A DNA stretch of 32,000 nucleotides, from contig DAOMZT010000001.1 in the NCBI GenBank assembly GCA_035400625.1, positions 90,001 to 122,000 of the forward strand, in the 5' to 3' direction. Position 1 is the stretch's first letter. Every line of letters starts with the position of its first letter. The notes under the pieces are model-generated. The model had not been told where the DNA came from, did no database searches, and saw nothing but the letters and a program-made list of their open reading frames with translations. This DNA comes from an archaeon (lineage in GTDB: Archaea > Iainarchaeota > Iainarchaeia > Iainarchaeales > CSSED10-239). Below, one piece after another: positions 1 to 7,660 of this stretch. A program made the position numbers and the translations under genes.

Positions 1-147
1 TTTTTCTTTTAGTTGATCTTCACTAGTATTTTCGTGATGAAGGTCCATGTTTTGCCCACAGCACACAAGTGTTCCGCCACCTGCATCAATTACCTCTACA
101 ACATTTCCACAGATTGTACATCTGTATATTTCTCCTTTCTTTACCAT
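1..147 (-). CDS. dfx: desulfoferrodoxin (2Fe superoxide reductase), N-terminal desulforedoxin domain; gene continues past the window edge
   Basis: Own minus-strand translation from the ATG at 147 gives [49 protein letters not shown]. It has the CxxC...CC centre-I cysteines and the ENT...KEK linker typical of Dfx. It is absent from the ORF track because there is no stop in the window. Confidence 0.8.
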   Translation of the reverse strand, partial: MVKKGEIYRCTICGNVVEVIDAGGGTLVCCGQNMDLHHENTSEDQLKEK

Positions 148-161
148 ATTTTATACCCCCT

Positions 162-746
162 TTAATAATTTTCATCTTGAACTTTAAAATAATTTGTTTC
201 ATGCCCACAAGATGGACAGATCTTTGGTGGCTCTTTGCCTTTGTGCACATATCCACATTTCATACAAAGCCACACTACCTCTTTGTCTTTTTTGAACAGT
301 TTATTTTCATTTAAATTTTTAAGTAATTTCTTGTATCTTTCCTCATGATGTTTTTCTGCAATTGCAATCGCTCTGAGTTTTTTTGCAATTTCTATCAGGC
401 CTTCTTTTTTTGCAATATCTGCAAACTCTGGATACATCTTAGTATATTCGTGGTTTTCTCCAGCAATTGCTGCTTTTAAATGATCTTTTGTATTCCCATA
501 AACTGTTGGAACATCTGTTTCAATAATAATCTCTGTATTTATATTGTACTTCTTCTTTAATTCCTTAATTAAAACAAATAATTGCTTAGCATGTTCTCTT
601 TCCTGTTCTGCGGTCTCTAGAAAAACATCAGATATCTGATTAAATCCTTCTTTTAAAGCAACCTTTGCATAAAAAGTATATCTGTTTCTAGCCTGGCATT
701 CTCCAACATATGCTTTTGCTAAATTCTCAATTGTCTTTATTTCCAT
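162..746 (-). CDS. rbr: rubrerythrin (diiron four-helix-bundle domain plus C-terminal rubredoxin-like CxxC...CxxC domain)
   Basis: 194 aa. N-terminus [23 protein letters not shown], with EQEREHA and GENHEYT diiron ligand motifs. C-terminus [24 protein letters not shown]. Confidence 0.92.
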   Translation of the reverse strand: MEIKTIENLAKAYVGECQARNRYTFYAKVALKEGFNQISDVFLETAEQEREHAKQLFVLIKELKKKYNINTEIIIETDVPTVYGNTKDHLKAAIAGENHEYTKMYPEFADIAKKEGLIEIAKKLRAIAIAEKHHEERYKKLLKNLNENKLFKKDKEVVWLCMKCGYVHKGKEPPKICPSCGHETNYFKVQDENY

Positions 747-839
747 AAAATAAACCCCCTAAAATATCGCTTACCTGTAAATATATATAAAAGCATAAAT
801 ATTAAATATATTGTTATAATATATTTATTGTAAAAACAT

Positions 840-1676
840 GTGAAAAATATGACAGATAAAATAATAGAAGCACTAAGCCAAATAAAATTCAAAGCAACAA
901 ACATTTATGAATCCTTTACTTGTCCACTACACCGCACAACCAAAACACAAAGAGTACCAACACTAAAAACATTAAAGGCAAACATTGATGAACTAACCAG
1001 ATTATTAAATGGCCTTTTAGGTTATTCTGCTATACAGTTTAATAAAGAAATAGAGCCAGAAAAAATAAGACTGTTCCAAAACAAGTTTATGGAAATTTCA
1101 GGTAAATTACAACAATCTATTTTCTTAGAAGAACACACAACAATTGTAGAAAACAATCTAGTAAATATCAAAAATGAAATTGCAACACCTGAAAAATATT
1201 TTGGAATCGAACAATCTGTGAAAAACAATATAAATAATTTAATTATCTTTATTGATTATGCAAAGAAACAAATAGATCACAAATATGTTAGCCTAGCAAA
1301 TCAAAAAAAATCAGTAGAAGAATTATTAAAAACACTTGAAAGAAAAGAACAAACAATTCTTGAACTTAATAAAAAGATCGATGAACTTAACTGGATTGAT
1401 GCAAAGGAAAAAGCAAAAGATTCTAGGCTTGCCAATCTAGAAGAAGAATTACTTAAATCCCATAAAGCAAACGAACAGGATCTTACTATTTTAAAATTAC
1501 ATATTATACAAATTGAAAAAGCACTAGATAATATTTTAAGAGAATCAAAATCATTAACTCAAGATATAAATCATCTAGAAGCAAAAAACATGCAAAAAGA
1601 ACAAGCATCATTAGAGCTGATTAAAGAATTAAAAAAAGAATTGATTGCTGCAAAATATAATTTAAGAAATAAGTGA
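840..1676 (+). CDS. hypothetical coiled-coil protein; first gene of the surface-machine cluster
   Basis: 278-aa ORF (GTG at 840, alternative ATG at 849). It is K/E/L-rich with heptad-like stretches (LEEELLKSHKANEQDLTILKLHIIQIEKALDNILRE) and has no TM segment. The stop lies 6 nt before the next start. Confidence 0.6.
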   Translation: MKNMTDKIIEALSQIKFKATNIYESFTCPLHRTTKTQRVPTLKTLKANIDELTRLLNGLLGYSAIQFNKEIEPEKIRLFQNKFMEISGKLQQSIFLEEHTTIVENNLVNIKNEIATPEKYFGIEQSVKNNINNLIIFIDYAKKQIDHKYVSLANQKKSVEELLKTLERKEQTILELNKKIDELNWIDAKEKAKDSRLANLEEELLKSHKANEQDLTILKLHIIQIEKALDNILRESKSLTQDINHLEAKNMQKEQASLELIKELKKELIAAKYNLRNK

Positions 1677-1682
1677 TAAATA

Positions 1683-3200
1683 ATGTCAGAATTTGACCCT
1701 TTTGGAGGGTATTCACCTCAAGGAAATGAAAAACCAAAATCTAATTTTAAATTGGATAAAAAAACAACGGAATTGATTAAGAAAGTAATTATTTTAATTG
1801 TAGTCCTAGGTGTTGTTGGCGGAATTGTTTATTATTTCTTTTTTAATAACATTACAATTTATTTTTCAGTAATAGATACCGAAGGAAAAAGTTTAAATTC
1901 TGCAGAAATAAAAATCTCAACAGGGAAACAAAATAAATCAGTCATATATTCTCCAGGAGATGACATAAAATTAAATAAAAATAAAAAATACAAATATTCT
2001 ATAAATCAAAAAGGGTATAAATTAATTAATGACCAATTGAACCCAAAAGACATAGAAAACACCAATATAACTATTAAATTAGAAAAAAACATAAGGCTAG
2101 ATGTCCTTTCTTTTATTTGCCCAGATGAGGTGTTTGTTGGGCAAACCGTTAAATGTGAATTACAATTAAATAATATTAGTGAAAATGAAGACTATAATCT
2201 AGAAAATTTAATTTTTGAATACAACCAGCAAAATAAATGGATTGATTTAAATGATGATTCTCTAAGATTTGTAGATGGGTTTAATCAAGACATTCCAATT
2301 TCAAAAACAATTGGGCGAAAAACAAAAGACACAGTTTTTGTTTTGTTTAGGTTGCCTGAAAATTTTAGTGTCGGAACTACAAAAAAAATAATGGCAAGAG
2401 TCAAGTATACAGACAATAAAAAGAGTTGTGATATAAAAATATCTCAACCACCAAATATTACCTTTTCCTCAGAACTGAGTGGTTCTTTAGCCCTTGAAAG
2501 CGGAAATGAAATCACTAAAACTTATACGATTGATAATACTAAAAATAAAACAGACATATCCGGATTAGAACTAGAAATAGATGCAAATTATGAGCCCTCA
2601 ACTGGTGAACCACCTTCTAATTTCAATGTTAATGACATTTTTATAACAGATTATACATCGCTAAGTGTCAATGCATCCTCGCGTTCAGTGGGGCAAATTT
2701 CAATTAAGTTACCTGCTAATTTAAGAGCAGGAAAAATTAACGGAACATTAACATTAAACAGCCCAATTTTTTCTGACCCAAAAAAAGTTTCATTTATCAT
2801 TAATGTAAAAGAACCAGAAAATAAATTTACAATTAGCTTAACAAAAAATTCAGAAACATTAACATATGATGCAAATAAAAACATCACAACAATTAAACAG
2901 GTTACATTAAATTTAGATAATAAAAACAAAATTCCTGTCCACATAAATTCTATCTATGTTGAAAACTCAACAGGAACAACCGATTGTAATAATTGGATTG
3001 TCCTGCCAGTAGAGTATAATGGCTATGACATCCAACCAAATAATAATCCTGCCCCAATTATTTTATTACAAGGATCAAACTTTGACTCTTTTACAACAAT
3101 AACCGGATTAAAGATTTGTAACATAAATGTGGATTACAAGCACCCTTATTTAGATGAAGATATAATTATCAAAAACAAGATACAAATAAGTGTAAATTAA
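1683..3200 (+). CDS. hypothetical N-terminally membrane-anchored extracellular protein, probably tandem beta-sandwich (CARDB/Ig-like) domains
   Basis: 505 aa. A ~30-aa cytoplasmic head is followed by a single TM (VIILIVVLGVVGGIVYYFFF) and then an Asn/Thr-rich body with about ten N-x-S/T sequons. Segments such as VFVGQTVKCELQLNNISENEDY resemble CARDB-type strands. Confidence 0.6.
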   Translation: MSEFDPFGGYSPQGNEKPKSNFKLDKKTTELIKKVIILIVVLGVVGGIVYYFFFNNITIYFSVIDTEGKSLNSAEIKISTGKQNKSVIYSPGDDIKLNKNKKYKYSINQKGYKLINDQLNPKDIENTNITIKLEKNIRLDVLSFICPDEVFVGQTVKCELQLNNISENEDYNLENLIFEYNQQNKWIDLNDDSLRFVDGFNQDIPISKTIGRKTKDTVFVLFRLPENFSVGTTKKIMARVKYTDNKKSCDIKISQPPNITFSSELSGSLALESGNEITKTYTIDNTKNKTDISGLELEIDANYEPSTGEPPSNFNVNDIFITDYTSLSVNASSRSVGQISIKLPANLRAGKINGTLTLNSPIFSDPKKVSFIINVKEPENKFTISLTKNSETLTYDANKNITTIKQVTLNLDNKNKIPVHINSIYVENSTGTTDCNNWIVLPVEYNGYDIQPNNNPAPIILLQGSNFDSFTTITGLKICNINVDYKHPYLDEDIIIKNKIQISVN

Positions 3201-3201
3201 A

Positions 3202-5220
3202 ATGGACTATATTGATTGGATAATTTCTAGTGTTTTATATGTAACAGTTATTGCACTAGTGCTTATTAGCTTATTTAATGTCATGCCTAAATCAAACAAT
3301 GATAATACAATAAGCGATTCACTCTACAAATCAACAATTTCACAAATTATCCCAATTTATAATGTTTCTATAAATACAAATGATTCAGAAATATACCCTT
3401 ATGTTATTTCAGACATTAATTTTGGCAGAGCAGGAAATATGTTTACAATAGATACAAACAATAATTTGCAATTTGGATTGATTTACGATAAAGATAGATT
3501 TTATAATTATGAAACTGACATTAATGCTTTATCATGCTTAGGAGTACAATTGCTATTAGAAAATTTTAATGATTATAATTATCAAGATACTTTTGATTTA
3601 AATTCAGGAACTGCTACGATAAAGTCAGGAATATTAGAACTTAATTCAGGAACAATTATTGATTCTACAATTGAACCAACTAGATATCTTGGCTCTTTTT
3701 TAACTAATGCAGAAGACATAAATGTGTATATTAATTTTGGTGATACAAGCGATATCTTTTATTGTAGTTTTAATGCAACAGGAGCGCAACTTTTTAAAAT
3801 TAGAGAAGAAGTAATTACAGAAAACAACACAACCCCTAAAATCACAAACTGGAGAAGACTAAATTTTGGATATTACAGAGATTTCAATGGATTGTCTTGG
3901 TTTTTCTGTGGGATAGACAATAACGCCAACCTCATAGAAACAAGTAGTGTGACTGCTCCAAAAAATGCCAAAATAAGAATAGAAGCAATTGAAGATCAAA
4001 CATATATTGATGATTTTATAATTTATAAAAGTTTGATAAATGCAATAGACTACAATGGCACAACCCTAAAAACCGATTCTTTAAAAACAACAATAACAAC
4101 TAACGAAGATATGAATGTGGATTTTTTTGTATTTACTGAAAATCAAGCAACAGAAGTATTAGAATATTCTCTGTCTTTTTCCAATCTGGGAGAACGCCTA
4201 AACAACCATAATGAAGAACCAATTAAAATTTTCTCAAATGATTTAAATCAAAACAAATTGGTTTTCTTTCCTATGGCTAAAGAATTTTGGATATATAAAT
4301 ATACAGGCGAAAACTCATTGACTATTAATTATAAACTTGTAGATTCATATCCTTCTAATTTCGGCTCTACTGCAGGAAATTGGCAATTTGCAGATTTAAA
4401 CAAATTATCTGGAAACTATGCTGTGCCAATATCTTTTGTTTCAGAAAGTTCTTTTGCTACAACAGATATTGTCTCTTTTGATATGAATTTTAATAAAGTC
4501 TTTTCAGAGATTACACCTGTTAGTGGTTCTGAAGCACCAACCATAAACTTTTGTAATTTTGATATTTGTACAGATATTACTAACGATTCTAATTTTGTAT
4601 ATAATATTGACACAAATATTGCAAACGTAATTTTTAAGTTCCCTGAAGAAATAGTTGCTAACCAACCATTTAATATCATAATTAATTTTAATTATTTAGG
4701 TTTAGAAAATATAGAAAATGTGGCAGGAGATATAATTCCTCTTGAAGGCACCCAACTTACAGCAAGAGAAACTTCTGAAGATATAAATATTAATGCTAGT
4801 AAATTATATCTGTATAATATCTTTAATCCAACTTACCCAGAAATCAAACAAACAATAATCTTTGATGTGTTTGACAACACAGGATTATATTCTCAAGATT
4901 GTAATTTTTCTATAGATTACAATTCTCACAACATAATCCTAAATTGCGATAAAAATTATCTGCTTAAAGTAAGATATAGATTTGCTGATTTAAATAACAC
5001 CATTCTAGAATATCCAAAACTTAATATTACAAAAACAAACGAAAGAATTGTAACTCAAGAACATTTTGAGAGCTTGTCTTGTGATTCTTATTTTGTAAAT
5101 ATTAAAAATAAAACACTAGATGTTAACTGTGGTATGGGAGTTAATCCAAATTACAAAACGCTAACAAAATATCTTCACAATAATGGATTACTAGAAAATG
5201 CAAACATATATATAAAATAA
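3202..5220 (+). CDS. hypothetical large N-anchored extracellular protein with a possible LamG/concanavalin-like lectin domain
   Basis: 672 aa. The start lies 1 nt after the previous stop. N-terminal hydrophobic segment IISSVLYVTVIALVLISLF. Residues ~115-277 end in QTYIDDFIIYKSL, resembling the terminal strand of LamG_3 domains. The protein is very Asn-rich. Confidence 0.6.
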   Translation: MDYIDWIISSVLYVTVIALVLISLFNVMPKSNNDNTISDSLYKSTISQIIPIYNVSINTNDSEIYPYVISDINFGRAGNMFTIDTNNNLQFGLIYDKDRFYNYETDINALSCLGVQLLLENFNDYNYQDTFDLNSGTATIKSGILELNSGTIIDSTIEPTRYLGSFLTNAEDINVYINFGDTSDIFYCSFNATGAQLFKIREEVITENNTTPKITNWRRLNFGYYRDFNGLSWFFCGIDNNANLIETSSVTAPKNAKIRIEAIEDQTYIDDFIIYKSLINAIDYNGTTLKTDSLKTTITTNEDMNVDFFVFTENQATEVLEYSLSFSNLGERLNNHNEEPIKIFSNDLNQNKLVFFPMAKEFWIYKYTGENSLTINYKLVDSYPSNFGSTAGNWQFADLNKLSGNYAVPISFVSESSFATTDIVSFDMNFNKVFSEITPVSGSEAPTINFCNFDICTDITNDSNFVYNIDTNIANVIFKFPEEIVANQPFNIIINFNYLGLENIENVAGDIIPLEGTQLTARETSEDININASKLYLYNIFNPTYPEIKQTIIFDVFDNTGLYSQDCNFSIDYNSHNIILNCDKNYLLKVRYRFADLNNTILEYPKLNITKTNERIVTQEHFESLSCDSYFVNIKNKTLDVNCGMGVNPNYKTLTKYLHNNGLLENANIYIK

Positions 5221-5227
5221 AACCTAA

Positions 5228-5392
5228 TCACATTATTGCCCTAAGAACAAGAACAAGAATTGCAATACCCAAAGACAAACCAATAACTGCCTCAGGAGTC
5301 AATTGTGGACCGGCCACAGATTCCTTGAATTTCATTATGCCTATAGCTGAACTTGGACCTTGATTTGTATTTTTAGAATATTTCATTTTCAT
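5228..5392 (-). CDS. secG: preprotein translocase subunit Sec61beta (archaeal SecG), 54 aa
   Basis: Own translation gives MKMKYSKNTNQGPSSAIGIMKFKESVAGPQLTPEAVIGLSLGIAILVLVLRAIM. It has the conserved G(L/I)M(R/K)F motif, a short linker and a single C-terminal TM tail-anchor. It falls below the ORF-track size cut-off. Confidence 0.8.
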   Translation of the reverse strand: MKMKYSKNTNQGPSSAIGIMKFKESVAGPQLTPEAVIGLSLGIAILVLVLRAIM

Positions 5393-5486
5393 AAATTTAT
5401 CACAATTTAAATAGAGCTATATATAATTAAAGAAACCAAAACCTTTTATATTAATCTATTTTATATTTTATTAGAGTTGAATTGGT

Positions 5487-6419
5487 ATGGCTGAGCAGAA
5501 AAAGCAATCAGAATATAAGTGGCTTGTAAGAATATTATTTCTATTAGTAATTATAATTGCAGCATTATTTGTATTTATATGGACAGGGACAATGAGATGC
5601 AGATCAATTCCTGGTGGCTGTAACATATATTGGAGCGTTATGACCTTAGTTACTGGTAAACAACAACCAAGTGTTCTTATATTATATGACCCAACTGATC
5701 AAAAAGGGCTGGGCAACCCTGAACTATTAAAAGATCTACTAACAGATAGAAAAGGGGTGGCAATACACCCAACTCTAGCAGATATTCGCTATCTTAATTC
5801 TGAACAATTAAAGAACGTAAGTCTTGTAATTGTAGAAAAATCCAGAAAGATTTCAACACTTCAATTAATGACTATGCTCAACTATATCTCACAAGGCGGA
5901 AGATTAGTTTGGATTGGAGATGCAGGAGTAGAGGCTGACACAGATAGAGGAGATATGCTATATGTTGGCCCAGAAAATGATAGAAACAATGGATGGGTAA
6001 GATTAACAGACACAAATAGAGTTATATTTTTTAACAGGGCTCTAGGGGTTAATTTTGTTACAAATTTCTGTGATGTAAGAGATTGCCATGTTGGAGATAA
6101 ATATACAGGTAAATTAATGCCAAGCTCTGATACCCACCCATTAGTTTATGGTTTAAAATCAAATCTCCCAATCTATGACAATTATTCTATAGTAACTTTG
6201 ATTGAACCAAATCCTGTTCCATTAAAGATAGATTTTGGATCGAATCTTAGAGATACTAAAAATCGTGCTTATGGAGACATATTTGATGCTATAGTTACAA
6301 GCAATTCAAATAGAGTTGCTTACTATGCTATTCCCCCAGAATATCTTGCAGAAGAAAGAGATGGAGATAACAAATATTATTCTATTGTTTATAACATGTT
6401 TGAAGGAATGGTAAATTGA
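5487..6419 (+). CDS. hypothetical N-anchored extracellular protein (possible GATase1/DJ-1-like fold)
   Basis: 310 aa with TM WLVRILFLLVIIIAALFVFIW. The stretch SVLILYDP...VSLVIVEK...ISQGGRLVWIGDAG is reminiscent of flavodoxin-like/GATase1-like membrane proteins, which is a weak call. Confidence 0.55.
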   Translation: MAEQKKQSEYKWLVRILFLLVIIIAALFVFIWTGTMRCRSIPGGCNIYWSVMTLVTGKQQPSVLILYDPTDQKGLGNPELLKDLLTDRKGVAIHPTLADIRYLNSEQLKNVSLVIVEKSRKISTLQLMTMLNYISQGGRLVWIGDAGVEADTDRGDMLYVGPENDRNNGWVRLTDTNRVIFFNRALGVNFVTNFCDVRDCHVGDKYTGKLMPSSDTHPLVYGLKSNLPIYDNYSIVTLIEPNPVPLKIDFGSNLRDTKNRAYGDIFDAIVTSNSNRVAYYAIPPEYLAEERDGDNKYYSIVYNMFEGMVN

Positions 6420-6420
6420 C

Positions 6421-6774
6421 ATGACAAAATCTTTTGAAGTCGCAATTTCTATAATCTTGCTTTTATTTTTTGTTTTTTTTTTATTTGAGGCAATAAATCA
6501 AAATAATTTTGAAAAACCAATACCTGATGAAATAAAAACCATAATCTTATTAGAAGCAAGAGACCCTGGATTTAGGGAGCTTGTCTCAAATTCAGAAGTT
6601 GATAATGTCTATTCTCTGCTTTATCCACAAATTGACTATAGATTTAATGTAAGCATTTGTGATTGGCTAAATAGTAATTGTGAAAATAAAGAATTAGATA
6701 ATTTCAAAAAGAAAAGAGAATATGTATATTTCTTTTCTGATACTAATAAAACCCTTCATATTGAATTAGATTAA
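6421..6774 (+). CDS. small pilin-like protein (non-canonical N-terminus)
   Basis: 117 aa. The start lies 1 nt after the previous stop. N-terminus MTKSFEVAISIILLLFFVFFLFEA is a short polar head plus a ~20-aa hydrophobic helix, like a type IV pilin, but it has Ser rather than Gly/Ala at the putative -1 position. Confidence 0.55.
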   Translation: MTKSFEVAISIILLLFFVFFLFEAINQNNFEKPIPDEIKTIILLEARDPGFRELVSNSEVDNVYSLLYPQIDYRFNVSICDWLNSNCENKELDNFKKKREYVYFFSDTNKTLHIELD

Positions 6775-6783
6775 AGGAGTTAG

Positions 6784-7269
6784 ATGATTTTGAATAAAGG
6801 ATTTACATATATTATAACTACAATGCTACTTATAATACTTATCAGTGGGGTTGTTATTGTTTCTAATTATAACAGCAACAAAAATAAAACAAATCCTGTA
6901 GCGACACTTGCAAAAAACTATGAAAACGAGTTCTTAAATATTTTAGAAACTGGTTCAACTGTTGAAGACATTAATTTGTTAAACTACAGATTTAAGAAAT
7001 TTATTAACAGCAACAACTATGATGCGAAAATCTGCAATCTTATTACTACAGAAAACGGCCTTATAGCAAGTAATTTTATGGACCAAAATTGCGATTTAAT
7101 AATAAATGGAGAAAAACGACAAACAATTACAGAAAACGACACAATTCTAACAGATATATTTATAAATGATACGAATATATATTTATGTAGCTGTCATTAC
7201 AAGGCAGGCGAGAATATCTATTATATAGATATCTATAATGAAAATTCAAAAACCATATTTAAAAACTAG
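6784..7269 (+). CDS. pilin-like protein with class III (prepilin) signal peptide
   Basis: 161 aa. N-terminus MILNKG|FTYIITTMLLIILISGVVIV fits the archaeal prepilin-peptidase pattern [KR][GA]|[hydrophobic][T/S/I...] followed by an uninterrupted hydrophobic helix. Confidence 0.6.
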   Translation: MILNKGFTYIITTMLLIILISGVVIVSNYNSNKNKTNPVATLAKNYENEFLNILETGSTVEDINLLNYRFKKFINSNNYDAKICNLITTENGLIASNFMDQNCDLIINGEKRQTITENDTILTDIFINDTNIYLCSCHYKAGENIYYIDIYNENSKTIFKN

Positions 7270-7278
7270 AGGAGATAT

Positions 7279-7630
7279 TATGAAAAACGTTACTGAACTT
7301 TTAAATAAAATAGAAGAAAAAACACACATAATTGTAGCAAAATTAGAAATATTAAGATTTGCAGAAGAAGATGTTCAAACCATTAAAAAATCATTAGAAT
7401 CAATTAAAAAGAAGCTTGAAGGTGGAGAAATAAGTAAATTTTCGTATGCTACTATGTTAGAATTAAACAAGAAAAGAGCAACAGAAAACACCAATTCTAA
7501 AAAGAAAACCTGGGATGAAATTGCAGAATCAATAAACGAAATAAGCGATTTATTAAATGAATTAAAAGATACATTCAATAGTAAAACTGAATTTGAAGGA
7601 ATTGATGAGATTAAAATAGACAAATCATAA
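7279..7630 (+). CDS. small coiled-coil protein
   Basis: The ORF-track frame 7238..7630 overlaps the previous gene. I prefer the internal ATG at 7279, which is preceded by GGAG (ctagaGGAGatattATG). The protein MKNVTELLNKIEEK... is K/E-rich and alpha-helical with no TM. Confidence 0.55.
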
Positions 7631-7660
7631 ATTATTTAAAAATAGAACATAAGATGGGCC

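Noticed and set aside
6473-6482. T10 homopolymer inside the pilin-like gene, as a possible slipped-strand phase-variation switch.
   Set aside because: It simply encodes the Phe-rich TM helix (FFVFFLF) in a very AT-rich genome. Similar runs occur elsewhere (for example near 12845). Without population data there is no evidence of length variation.
7238-7278. Upstream start for the 130-aa ORF, overlapping the end of the pilin-like gene.
   Set aside because: The internal ATG at 7279 has a GGAG 8 nt upstream and removes the 32-nt overlap. The extension adds no recognisable feature.
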